A stretch of 64,000 nt of DNA, from IMG/VR virus record IMGVR_UViG_3300032138_000680, positions 1-64,000 of that record; one strand, 5' to 3'. The translations under genes were made by a program, and so were the position numbers. Source of the stretch: a virus (Duplodnaviria; Caudoviricetes). Under the pieces are notes generated by a model. It did not search any database and was not told the origin of the DNA. It saw only the letters and a program-made list of their open reading frames with translations. The stretch's first letter is position 1. Each line of letters begins with the position of its first letter. Shown piece after piece: positions 20,737-30,490 of this stretch.

Positions 20737-21389
20737 TATTTATCTCTGTAAACTAAAAATTCATTTATCGTATGATATAATGATTCACTATCTTGCTTTT
20801 TACACCTTACCCAATCAAATTCTGAAACTAACTCTGATTTAACCCACCAATCTTCAAATGGCTGATTCATTCCTCTATCATCTACAAATGTTACATCATC
20901 ACATATCAACTCAAATCCTTTGTCTTGTAAAAATTTTATTTGTGGTGCCTTCTCAGCATCATACCAATCAAGTGTCATACCAAAATTCTGTATGATGCCA
21001 TCTTTTTCATCAGGTTCCTCTTTATACTGATTCCTATAAACATCATGTTCAATCGTAATAACTTTTATATCCCAATTCCAATTTAAATTTTTTAATGTTC
21101 TAAATCTATCACCACATTCATCGACATCAATACTTACATAATCAATATCCTTATCAATAAAAGACCAATCTGTTTTTGTAGAATCAACTTGATAAAAGTT
21201 TAACGTATCCCATCCATCAAAATACTCGATATCAATAAAATATCCATCACACCCCCGATTTAACAATGGAAAACATACAGAATGTTCGGGACTGGAACAA
21301 CCAATATCCAAAAAAGTAGGAGTTTCCAGTGAAATTAATGGGAACACTGCCTGTGTGTCGAGTTGGTTGGATAATTGAAAATGTTTCAT
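20736..21389 (-). CDS. Divergent FkbM-like methyltransferase
   Basis: FLDIGC, IDYVSIDVD, VITIEHD, FEDWWV. Confidence 0.6.
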   Translation of the reverse strand: MKHFQLSNQLDTQAVFPLISLETPTFLDIGCSSPEHSVCFPLLNRGCDGYFIDIEYFDGWDTLNFYQVDSTKTDWSFIDKDIDYVSIDVDECGDRFRTLKNLNWNWDIKVITIEHDVYRNQYKEEPDEKDGIIQNFGMTLDWYDAEKAPQIKFLQDKGFELICDDVTFVDDRGMNQPFEDWWVKSELVSEFDWVRCKKQDSESLYHTINEFLVYRDK

Positions 21390-21901
21390 TTATCTCTCCA
21401 ACTCAATATTGGATTATCAATTGGCCATTCGATTCCAATTTGACTGTCATTCCATTTAACTTCTTCTTGGTCAAACCAATCCACATATTCTTTTGGATAT
21501 GATTGTGTATAATGAAATAAACATTCATCACTTAAACACAAATGAGCATTTACAAACCCAGGGGGAACTAAAACACTTATATGATTTCTATCCGATATAA
21601 TATAACTTTCCCATTTATTATAATTTGGTGACTCTAGCCGATTATCTACTACTACCAAATAAACTTCTCCCCAAACACAAGTAATATGTTTCCAAGTAAC
21701 TTCATCACCGTGTAATCCTCGTAAAACATTTTTTCTTGAACGAGTAAATTTAGATATTTTCCATTCATGTCCTTCAGGTAAAATTTCATTCTCTTTTTCC
21801 CAAAAAGTCCACATCTCTCCTCTATAATCAAAGAAAGGATCGGGTTTCAATATCTTCACCTCAGGAAATACTTCTGATACCGTAACTTCAGATTCAAACA
21901 T
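21386..21901 (-). CDS. rmlC: dTDP-4-dehydrorhamnose 3,5-epimerase
   Basis: DYRG, SRKNVLRGLH, VVDNR, VPPGFVNAH, WND...WP...LSxRD. ATG 21901 has a GGGAGA SD, so it is preferred over the GTG at 21937. Confidence 0.9.
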   Translation of the reverse strand: MFESEVTVSEVFPEVKILKPDPFFDYRGEMWTFWEKENEILPEGHEWKISKFTRSRKNVLRGLHGDEVTWKHITCVWGEVYLVVVDNRLESPNYNKWESYIISDRNHISVLVPPGFVNAHLCLSDECLFHYTQSYPKEYVDWFDQEEVKWNDSQIGIEWPIDNPILSWRDK

Positions 21902-21944
21902 AAAAAAAAATCTCCCATAATATTTTATGAGAGACACTTCAATA

Positions 21945-21972
21945 AATACAAAACCCCCCGATAAACGGAGGG
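21945..21972 (-). terminator. Intrinsic terminator-like hairpin
   Basis: Minus strand CCCTCCG-TTTAT-CGGGGGG followed by TTTTGTATTT. Confidence 0.7.
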
Positions 21973-22080
21973 CACTCTTTATGTAGTGCCACCCATGTTT
22001 TATAGTCTGTAAGTAGAGGGTTTGGTCTTTCAGGACTTCAAGCTAAAGCTCTTCCCCGTGTTATCTCTACACGACTCACA
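21973..22080 (-). ncRNA. Candidate structured leader RNA or small RNA
   Basis: GC-rich non-coding island. Stems: AGTC/GACT plus GTAGAG/CTCTAC, CGTGT/ACACG, GTC/GAC, GGCACT/AGTGCC. It lies between a TATTTATA motif and the terminator. Confidence 0.45.
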
Positions 22081-22090
22081 TATAAATAGT
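22081..22090 (-). promoter_or_regulatory. TATTTAT promoter-like motif
   Basis: ACTATTTATA on the coding strand; the same core occurs in other intergenic gaps. Confidence 0.5.
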
Positions 22091-22105
22091 AACTTATATA
22101 AAAAA

Positions 22106-22960
22106 TCACTCTTTAAATTTTAAATACCGCTCATGATTATTTCTTATATAATATACCATTCTTTTATTATATTCATATATCTCACATATTAACATTATTT
22201 CTGGAAATTTTTTCGATAAGAGGCTGATATCCTTCTGTCCCTGAAAATGTCCATCCAGTATTTCTTCCACTAACCAAGGACTAAACAACATTTCATCTTT
22301 TAAAATTCTACCTTCACCATATTCTTTCCAAAATTGATCATGGCAAGCATAAAAAGAATGTAGTGTTTTATGTTTATACGGAATTTTTTTTACAGTTTTC
22401 CATTCTTCATCTTTTTCTTGTAACCACTGTAAAAACTTTGGATTACTTAAATCTTTTAACTCTAAAAAATATACATTTGGGTTTAATGATAACTCCCATA
22501 ACATATTTATAGCAGAATGAAAGCCCCAATTCCAAAATTTTGCATGACTTTTTATCTGCCACCGAAAATTACTTCTATTAATATCGTGTAAAAACGTCAT
22601 CATTTCAAATACTAATTTTGTTTTATGTTTACCGTTATAAAAGTCTTGTTGAATCAAGTTAAAAGGTGATTTATCTGTATGGTATTTAGGATGATTTATC
22701 CAATCATCTGGTAGAAAATTAATTATTTCTTCAAGATATCCACTTTTCCATCTGTCTATCACATCTCTTATTAATATAATATAAATTTTATCTTTCTCCA
22801 CACCATCAGAATATTCTGAAATTTTATTATTTCTATCCTTCTCCAAATGAAATAATGACTGTGTTCCCATTTTTAAAAACTTGGATATTTTTAAATATTC
22901 TGTACCCGTGTAGGGGCCCGTACCTTTAATCTTTGAATACATTTTCCATCCTATTGTCAT
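22106..22960 (-). CDS. Putative sulfotransferase (Sulfotransfer_2-like)
   Basis: KMGTQSL (5'-PSB-like) and ILIRDVIDRWKSG (3'-PB-like). The start may be ATG 22942. Confidence 0.5.
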   Translation of the reverse strand: MTIGWKMYSKIKGTGPYTGTEYLKISKFLKMGTQSLFHLEKDRNNKISEYSDGVEKDKIYIILIRDVIDRWKSGYLEEIINFLPDDWINHPKYHTDKSPFNLIQQDFYNGKHKTKLVFEMMTFLHDINRSNFRWQIKSHAKFWNWGFHSAINMLWELSLNPNVYFLELKDLSNPKFLQWLQEKDEEWKTVKKIPYKHKTLHSFYACHDQFWKEYGEGRILKDEMLFSPWLVEEILDGHFQGQKDISLLSKKFPEIMLICEIYEYNKRMVYYIRNNHERYLKFKE

Positions 22961-24029
22961 GCAACTCTATAAAAGAATGTAAATTTTCATAATTATGTTC
23001 CCATATATCCTCTTTTTCTATAAAAAAATCCAATATATCTTTTGTACTTGTATTACAAACTCGTTCAACCATATCAAAGTGTTCTGTTTCATAACTTCCA
23101 TTAACCTGTTTAACTTTAGTTCCATCATAACCAAAGAGTTTAGGAAATTTAAATCCATACTGTTTTAAATATGGATAAGATTCGGGCTGTGCAAATAAAA
23201 ATACGGGCCTCCTAAACATAAATCCCTTTAAAGTTTTTTCACTATTTGTAACCAATCGTTTACCATCTTCAAATGTAGAAAATCTTGTTTCAACTATAAT
23301 TTCAGATGCAGATTGAAAATCTTCCATTGGTAATGACCAATCCCTAAAACTACCACTGGCCTTTTCCTCTGATGGGAATTTTGTCGGAGAAATATCTACA
23401 TCTGGTGAATCAAATAAATAACTTTCAGATGAATTTATACTATAAATAATATTTTTAAATTCTTTAATTTTATTATAAACAAATATTTTTTCCTCGCTCG
23501 GATTACCGAACTTAGATATAACATTATATTTAATATTTTTATAATTTTCCCTTAAAGATTTAAATTTATATTTATATAAATAATGTCTTGCTATCTCTCC
23601 TAAACCCCCAATACTTGTAATATAATTTATATTTTTCAAATCAAATGGATTATCACAAAAAAAGTTAAATATAATTGTTATCTTTTCACTATCATCAATT
23701 TTGTCGATTTTATCTTGTAAAATTTTTGAATCATTAAAACTGTCCCAAAATAACTCATTGCAATAAATAATAATTTTGTCAAATTTAGATGTTAATTTTT
23801 GTTTATAAATTAAATCCATACACGGGAGAATATAAGACTCATTTATAATCAAACAAACATTAAGTTTAGTACCTTTATATTTTTCCAAATATCTGTGTAT
23901 ATTATTATGCCTTCTATCTCTATTCTTGTTAGAATAAGATTTAAACTGATTTCTGGGTTGGATTTCATCATAAACTTGAATCTGTATCATATCATCAACC
24001 AATCCGCATTGACCGGTTTGCACGACCAT
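22926..24029 (-). CDS. Putative glycosyltransferase, 'TEK' family
   Basis: EIIVET...NSEKTLKGF...PVFLFA...LKQYGF...HN. The start is probably near 23990. Confidence 0.45.
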   Translation of the reverse strand: MVVQTGQCGLVDDMIQIQVYDEIQPRNQFKSYSNKNRDRRHNNIHRYLEKYKGTKLNVCLIINESYILPCMDLIYKQKLTSKFDKIIIYCNELFWDSFNDSKILQDKIDKIDDSEKITIIFNFFCDNPFDLKNINYITSIGGLGEIARHYLYKYKFKSLRENYKNIKYNVISKFGNPSEEKIFVYNKIKEFKNIIYSINSSESYLFDSPDVDISPTKFPSEEKASGSFRDWSLPMEDFQSASEIIVETRFSTFEDGKRLVTNSEKTLKGFMFRRPVFLFAQPESYPYLKQYGFKFPKLFGYDGTKVKQVNGSYETEHFDMVERVCNTSTKDILDFFIEKEDIWEHNYENLHSFIELHDNRMENVFKD

Positions 24030-24849
24030 TCCAGCTGGTATTTCCTTCTCCTTTATTTAGTCCTAACTGCTTAGATAAAGTACCAGTTTCACTACGATCC
24101 AAAATATAAATATTTTCTGGACTAATTTTATTTGCGGGTATAAATTTTAAAAAGAAATCTATTTGTGCATCTGTTAATTCATATGAATCTATGCCCAAAA
24201 CCCGGGAATCATTATTTTTATCATAAACAATTCTACTTGTCCTTGTAATATACATAAAATTACCCAATATATTATGTCCTCTACTAAATTTTTTTTGATC
24301 TGATATTATATCAAATACTTCATCCATAGAAAGTTCACTAAATAGTTTCGGACTGTTAACTAGATCTTCAAAGTTTGTACTAACACAACAACTACAATTA
24401 TATCCATGTGCCTCTTTAAATAAAAACAAATTCTTTATCTTTTCTTCATCAGCATCTGAATTATCTATTAGATACTTCCACAACGTCAAAAGAATGATGC
24501 CTGTATGTTCCATTGCAACTTTATACCGTTCAGAGTGCTTCATATTACATAATGTAGTTATAACAGTTCCATTTGGACTTAGAAACATAAAGGTACTTGG
24601 AACTGTGATTAAATCTAATATTTCTTTTGAAATCTTACTTCGACTGTAGGGATAACCCCCAAATTGTTCGGCCAGTTCATCCAAAATTTTTTTGCCACTT
24701 AGTTGAACATTATCCCATCGGGCGGTATCATGAAATAACGATATCATAGTAGATTCTAATTTTGATATTTCTAAAGTTGATGGTGCAAATGACCTTGACC
24801 ACAAGGATCTTGCTAATTTTTCAAGGTTCTTTTTTCTTATATCAGACAC
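23995..24849 (-). CDS. Hypothetical protein
   Basis: 284-aa ORF coupled to both neighbours; no motif recognised. Confidence 0.6.
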   Translation of the reverse strand: MSDIRKKNLEKLARSLWSRSFAPSTLEISKLESTMISLFHDTARWDNVQLSGKKILDELAEQFGGYPYSRSKISKEILDLITVPSTFMFLSPNGTVITTLCNMKHSERYKVAMEHTGIILLTLWKYLIDNSDADEEKIKNLFLFKEAHGYNCSCCVSTNFEDLVNSPKLFSELSMDEVFDIISDQKKFSRGHNILGNFMYITRTSRIVYDKNNDSRVLGIDSYELTDAQIDFFLKFIPANKISPENIYILDRSETGTLSKQLGLNKGEGNTSWNGRANRSMRIG

Positions 24850-26878
24850 TCTTTGGCACCCTATATAACATTTTCATATTCTGATTATACAACATTGGTG
24901 CTGCCGTTGGATGATTGGGATGAAGTGCTATTGCATTTTTAATTCTATCCTTTTGATCCTTATTATGAATAAATTTAAATGAAAGATTTTCTTTATATCG
25001 TTTTATCTTACGAGGATCAATTTCAAAGTTTAATTTACCAATATCCGTCCAATGATAATTAAATTCCCAATCATATTCTAAATCTGTATCAACAATATTA
25101 CCCTTTGCACATATAATATAATATCCTAATTGTTCAAAGTAATCTATTGTCTTTCTTGACAAAACTCCATATTTCTCCATAAACTTTTTTGAAACTTCAA
25201 CCATCATCTTTACAAGATCACCCATTTCATTGTATAACAATCCCTTATGTTCTACTAATTCACGAGAACCTATTTCTCCAGATAAATGTTTCTCGTAACG
25301 ACCAGGACGAATTGAATGTGTCTTTGCCTGTTCATAAGTTTCATACAAACCATATTCTGTAGATTTAACATAACTTAACATAATTTCTTCTATCTTAGTA
25401 GTATAAATCTCATCATGATTCAAAATATAAACCAAACATTCCCATTCTGGAATACCAAGTTTTTCTAATGCCAAGAAAAATTCTTCAAAAAGTGCATTAT
25501 TATGAAATGTTTCAATAATTAATAACATTTTACGACAAGATACATAATCATCAAATGACATATCTTTTGAACCTACTATAATTTCTTCTATTTCTGTTAT
25601 AGGAACTTCAACATCTCCAAATTTATACTTCCCTACTGCTCCAGTCATTATTCTATGTTTAGTTAATAACTTAAATTCATCTCTGGTCTGTGGGTTAGCC
25701 ATTTCTGTACCACTGAGTAATATTGCTTGGAATTGTCTAATTGTATTAACTTTATTTTCAATTACAGTTTTCAATGATTGAAAATGAGTTTTTTTAGAAT
25801 CCCCTGGCAATCCCAAAATGAGTTCACTAAAAGTTTTAGATTTTTTATCTGTTTCATTCATAAACATCATTACTTTCCTATAAGATTCAACAGATATATT
25901 ACTACGTTTAATATTTTTTAAAACAGTTTCATCAGTAGACTGTAATGCCGCTCCCATTGGAAAAGTTCCTTTTAATAAACCTAACATATCCATGATTCTA
26001 TCATGTCTGTTTTTTCCTAACGATCCTCTAACAAGTTTTGGCCATCCATAATTACTTTGTAATTCTGCTATATATCCCGCAGTTTCTTTATCTTCCCTAT
26101 ACATACCAAAATTAAGATCACTAATTCTAAGTTCATCCATCTTAAAACCATTCTTTTTTACATTTTCATAAATATAATGAAGTTCTTCTCTTACTCGTGA
26201 TGTATCATAACTATAAACTTTATTTTTATATTTTAAACCATCTGCACAAAAAGTACAAGAAAATGGACATCCTCTGTTAGTTTCAATCATCGGAATAAGT
26301 GGTAATTTAAAAAATTCATCCATACTACCATTTAAATAAGGTGAAGGTAACATATTTACATCTGTAATCCTTTGGATGGTTGGTTCAATTAAACAATTTT
26401 CATCGAGATAAGTACAATTTATAATTTTTTCTTGGGACCTTTTTAAATCTTTACCATTAAAATCATACTCTTTAAGTTTTTGTAACAAATCTACAAAACC
26501 AATTTCTCCCTCACTTTCAATATAAAAATCTACCATTGACCTAAATTTTAAAAAAGCTACTTTTTCAGAAGATTCAGTTGGGAAATTTGGACCACCAAAA
26601 ACTGTAATTAAATTGGGATTTAAATCTTTGGCCCATTCTATTACTTTATACCCCAATTCTATATTCCAACTATAATTAGATAATGCTAAAACAAGTGGAG
26701 ATTCTTTTGAAATTGCCTTAATTAAATTCTCTGGTAATTTAAATAATTTAAAATCAAACTCGTTACTCAAAACTTTATTTGAATATCCAGCTACATAACT
26801 CGTCCCCAATGGAAAAGTTAATGCCATCAACCCCGATCCAGTATGTGTTAAATCCGCGAGAAATATTTTATTATTCAT
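24842..26878 (-). CDS. Cobalamin-dependent radical SAM enzyme
   Basis: N-terminal B12-binding-like region (FPLG...SNYSWN...FGGPN...EGEIG), then ETNRGCPFSCTFC, DLNFG, ELILGLPG. Confidence 0.88.
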   Translation of the reverse strand: MNNKIFLADLTHTGSGLMALTFPLGTSYVAGYSNKVLSNEFDFKLFKLPENLIKAISKESPLVLALSNYSWNIELGYKVIEWAKDLNPNLITVFGGPNFPTESSEKVAFLKFRSMVDFYIESEGEIGFVDLLQKLKEYDFNGKDLKRSQEKIINCTYLDENCLIEPTIQRITDVNMLPSPYLNGSMDEFFKLPLIPMIETNRGCPFSCTFCADGLKYKNKVYSYDTSRVREELHYIYENVKKNGFKMDELRISDLNFGMYREDKETAGYIAELQSNYGWPKLVRGSLGKNRHDRIMDMLGLLKGTFPMGAALQSTDETVLKNIKRSNISVESYRKVMMFMNETDKKSKTFSELILGLPGDSKKTHFQSLKTVIENKVNTIRQFQAILLSGTEMANPQTRDEFKLLTKHRIMTGAVGKYKFGDVEVPITEIEEIIVGSKDMSFDDYVSCRKMLLIIETFHNNALFEEFFLALEKLGIPEWECLVYILNHDEIYTTKIEEIMLSYVKSTEYGLYETYEQAKTHSIRPGRYEKHLSGEIGSRELVEHKGLLYNEMGDLVKMMVEVSKKFMEKYGVLSRKTIDYFEQLGYYIICAKGNIVDTDLEYDWEFNYHWTDIGKLNFEIDPRKIKRYKENLSFKFIHNKDQKDRIKNAIALHPNHPTAAPMLYNQNMKMLYRVPKSV

Positions 26879-28064
26879 GTTTACAAACTCCAGTTATATA
26901 ATAAATATCATCTATTTCTAACTCTGGATAATTAGGTAAGAAAAATCCTCGTGAATGTATTTTATCAGCAACTTCACCATGAAATTCACCATATCTATTT
27001 ACCCAAAATGGATGTAATCCAAGATTACCTGCACTAAATATACGAGTTTCTATACCATTTTCTACCAATCTATTAACAACCTCTTTTCTATGTTCTTTAC
27101 TTTCTGCTAAAGCTCCAAATGAAATACTACACGGATTATCATTTCCCCAATCTTGAAATTCAAAATGGCCATCTAATTGTTTTGCATATTCAATATGATT
27201 TTCTGTCCTCATTTCTGATATCCAATCTGCCTTTTCTAACTGTCTAAGTCCAATAAATGCTTGTAAATCAGTAGACCTCAAATTAAAACCAGGCATTAAG
27301 AATGTAAAAGGTTCATGAAATGGATCAATATCATTTTTTTCCATTAATTGTTTGTATAAATCATTTGGTAAATCCTTTCCCCAACCATGACTTCGTAACA
27401 CTAATAACATATGATATAAATCTTCATCATTTGTATTTATCATACCACCTTCTATGGTTGAAAATTGATGACCGAAGTAAAATGAAAATGTAGACATATC
27501 TCCAACTTGACCAACCATCGTTCCATCTTCATAACTTGAACCAAGTGCTGCACATCCATCCTCTAATAGTGGAACATTATATTTTTTCGATAAATTTAAT
27601 AATTCTTCCTTATAATGTGGAACACCTAACACCTGAACAAACATTATTGCAGAAATATCTTCAGTTTTTAAAAGAAATTCTGTTTGTTCTAAATCAATAC
27701 CAAATGTTTTTTTATCAGCATCGACCATAATAGGTTCTATTCCAAATTGTATAAGTGGTGATATTGTAGTAATCCAACCAACTGATGGAACAATTACCTT
27801 TCCTTTTAACTTACCCATTTCCTTTAATGCATACACCATCAGAAGATTTGCAGAAGAACCAGAATTAACAAAAACAGAATATTTTGTTCCTATATATTCA
27901 GCCCACTTTTGTTCAAATTCTTGTGTTAATTCATCCTTTGTCAATCGTGGTTCAGTTTTTAACCAGTCTATAAGATAATTAATATCTTCAGTATTTATAG
28001 TTTCTTTAGCAAGTGGATATTTCACACCGGCCCGTGAATGTATTATATGTAAATCATTTTTCAT
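26871..28064 (-). CDS. colD: GDP-4-keto-6-deoxymannose 3-dehydratase-like (ColD type, DegT fold)
   Basis: VNSGSSANL; SFYFGHQFSTIEGG has His at the PLP-Lys position; RSHGW lacks the RfbH Fe-S cysteine motif. Confidence 0.7.
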   Translation of the reverse strand: MKNDLHIIHSRAGVKYPLAKETINTEDINYLIDWLKTEPRLTKDELTQEFEQKWAEYIGTKYSVFVNSGSSANLLMVYALKEMGKLKGKVIVPSVGWITTISPLIQFGIEPIMVDADKKTFGIDLEQTEFLLKTEDISAIMFVQVLGVPHYKEELLNLSKKYNVPLLEDGCAALGSSYEDGTMVGQVGDMSTFSFYFGHQFSTIEGGMINTNDEDLYHMLLVLRSHGWGKDLPNDLYKQLMEKNDIDPFHEPFTFLMPGFNLRSTDLQAFIGLRQLEKADWISEMRTENHIEYAKQLDGHFEFQDWGNDNPCSISFGALAESKEHRKEVVNRLVENGIETRIFSAGNLGLHPFWVNRYGEFHGEVADKIHSRGFFLPNYPELEIDDIYYITGVCKHE

Positions 28065-28929
28065 CTATTCTATCTCCAATCTGATCTGAAATACACAATC
28101 TATTTACTCCCGTTTCTCGTTTTAATTGTTCATACTTATCACTTCCAAAGGCAAAAATAACACAATCACTTGGTACTAAATTATTATCCTTACAAAATTT
28201 TAATTGTTTATCTCTAAACTTAGTTATAGCATAATCTGGTGGAAAATTAGTTACAATTTTATTTCCTACATAAGCAGATAAATAACTAACTGCGTCATAT
28301 TGATTCATTATATCAACATAATCATCATAAAATAATTTAGAATATCTTATACCCGCTCTTAATTTATCTGCACGATAAAATCCCTTACTTAAACTAAATG
28401 TAATATCAGTAATACAATTATATTCCGAAAAATTAAAATTTATATCTTTAGTAATCAAATAATATGCACAATCTATTAAAACTGGAACTTTCAATTTTTC
28501 ACATTCATCTAACACTTCCCTCATCTTTGAATGTTCTGTACAATAATCAGAAAATGGTAGACTTATAACAACTGCATCATTAAAAGAAACACCTTTATCA
28601 TCAATATAATCCCACCTATGAAATTTTTTCCAATTTGCTTGGTGGTAAAAGAACTCACCCTTGAAACATTTAAATCTTCTGTTGTGATGTCTCATCCAAA
28701 AAGCTTCAAAAGATAAACAAGTACCATGTACAAAAGTTTTATGTTTAAACTCATCCAATCCAAAAAGTTTATTCTCTTTTGACGACATTATATATTTGTC
28801 AAAATTATAGATAAATTCGATAGCTGGGTTTTTATCAATTAACACATTTGAATAGTCTATATTTTTATAAAATGAAATCACCTCGTTATCTGGAATTGCC
28901 CATCCACCTCTAAATTTCTCAATATTCAT
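28054..28929 (-). CDS. Divergent fold-type-I PLP-dependent enzyme (paralog of 19194..20075)
   Basis: FVHGT, SLPFSD, IDCAY, SLSKGFY...RAG. Confidence 0.6.
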   Translation of the reverse strand: MNIEKFRGGWAIPDNEVISFYKNIDYSNVLIDKNPAIEFIYNFDKYIMSSKENKLFGLDEFKHKTFVHGTCLSFEAFWMRHHNRRFKCFKGEFFYHQANWKKFHRWDYIDDKGVSFNDAVVISLPFSDYCTEHSKMREVLDECEKLKVPVLIDCAYYLITKDINFNFSEYNCITDITFSLSKGFYRADKLRAGIRYSKLFYDDYVDIMNQYDAVSYLSAYVGNKIVTNFPPDYAITKFRDKQLKFCKDNNLVPSDCVIFAFGSDKYEQLKRETGVNRLCISDQIGDRIDEK

Positions 28930-29794
28930 ATAACAATTTACTCACTCCTTCTTGTAATGTTATAAAATTATGATTTATAAGACTCTCTAATTTTGAAAAA
29001 TCGACTGTATAGCTTCTTATATCATCATCATTAACATAATTCACATATCTTGAAATGTCCGATCCAATTACTTTTGATATCCCACTAAGTATATTCTGTT
29101 TTGATAAATTTAATCCATCAAACCCAACATTTACTATTCCTTCAAAATCTTTATCTAATAACCCTAAAAAAATATCAGCACAATCTGATACATATAAATT
29201 TGCTCTCCAAGTATTTTTACCATAAACATCAAAATTATTTTTATTCTTAATAGAATTAATAAAATCATTTATTAACGAATCATATCTCATCAAGTTACTA
29301 ACTCCAAATAATGTTGCTGGTCGTGCTATAATTGTACTTATTTCATTAAAATCAGATAATAGAACTTCAGATTTATATTTTAATTCGGCATATAAACTCG
29401 TTAAGTTAACGTCATCTTTTTCACTAACTTTCTTTTCCCTATATCCATATACACTACAACTGCTTGGAAATACAAACTTTTTAACATTATTTTTTACAGA
29501 AATATCATATAATATTTTTAAATCCTCGAAATAACCAAGTACTTCAGTCTTTGTAATATTTAATAATCTCTGTCCAGCCAAATGAAAAACTACATCCACA
29601 TCTTTAATATATTTTTCATACTTTTTTATATTTTTTACTTCATCTTCAATTATTTCGGTGTTGTATAATTCCTTACAACCATTAGTCCCATACATAAAAT
29701 TATCAATAATTATAACTTCATCATTTCTATCTAATAATTTTTTAGAAATAATATTACCTAAATATCCCACTCCTCCTGTTATTAATATTTTCAT
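28919..29794 (-). CDS. NAD-dependent epimerase/dehydratase
   Basis: ITGGVGYLG, SSCSVYG, YAELK, RPATLFG. Confidence 0.88.
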   Translation of the reverse strand: MKILITGGVGYLGNIISKKLLDRNDEVIIIDNFMYGTNGCKELYNTEIIEDEVKNIKKYEKYIKDVDVVFHLAGQRLLNITKTEVLGYFEDLKILYDISVKNNVKKFVFPSSCSVYGYREKKVSEKDDVNLTSLYAELKYKSEVLLSDFNEISTIIARPATLFGVSNLMRYDSLINDFINSIKNKNNFDVYGKNTWRANLYVSDCADIFLGLLDKDFEGIVNVGFDGLNLSKQNILSGISKVIGSDISRYVNYVNDDDIRSYTVDFSKLESLINHNFITLQEGVSKLLYEY

Positions 29795-30489
29795 AATAAC
29801 TCCATCTCATCACATATTTCAATCAAATATTCCATAAACATTTTACATTCATTTTCATTTGGATGTCTATTTAAATCATCTGAATCTATAAAATTAGAAA
29901 ATGGTTTTTCTATAATATAATCAAAATTCAACCTCTTAATTAACGAAGTAAAATCAGTTTCTTTACTATGTTCCCAATTATATGGTTTTACTTTTATATT
30001 AAATTTATTTTTATATTTTAAATAAAAGTCTAAAAAATCATCGTTTGCAAAAGAAAACAAATATTTTTTATTATATAATTTAAATAACTCCTGTAAAGAA
30101 ATCATATACACAAAAGTATTTAAAAAACTTGATTTGTCTGTCACTAAATTACTAAATATAAATTTATTAATATCATTCTTAATCTTATCCTTTTTACTAT
30201 TGTCTGGATGTGGTATTATATTAACCCACCTTTCAGACAAATCATAATTTAATATTCTTTCAAATCGCCTATCTATTCCACGAGACCACATAATAAAATA
30301 AAAATCACATGATTTATCTGTAATTAAATTGTTTAATGCCCTTAAATATATCAACTTATTAGAAGATTCAACCTGAGAATCATCTAAAAAATTATCTCCA
30401 AATCTTTGGCCAAATAAACTCGGTAAAGAATCTTTACGTTCTAAACCATGCCCATATAAAAAACTATCCCCTCCAAAATATATTTTCAT
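29791..30489 (-). CDS. SGNH-like protein
   Basis: IYFGGDSFLYG, SSN, C-terminal RHPNE. Confidence 0.55.
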   Translation of the reverse strand: MKIYFGGDSFLYGHGLERKDSLPSLFGQRFGDNFLDDSQVESSNKLIYLRALNNLITDKSCDFYFIMWSRGIDRRFERILNYDLSERWVNIIPHPDNSKKDKIKNDINKFIFSNLVTDKSSFLNTFVYMISLQELFKLYNKKYLFSFANDDFLDFYLKYKNKFNIKVKPYNWEHSKETDFTSLIKRLNFDYIIEKPFSNFIDSDDLNRHPNENECKMFMEYLIEICDEMELL

Positions 30490-30490
30490 G

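Noticed and set aside
21966-21995. Resemblance of plus-strand GGGCAC...GTAGTGCCACC to a c-di-GMP-II riboswitch
   Set aside because: Wrong strand for the downstream genes, and the other conserved elements and spacing are absent.
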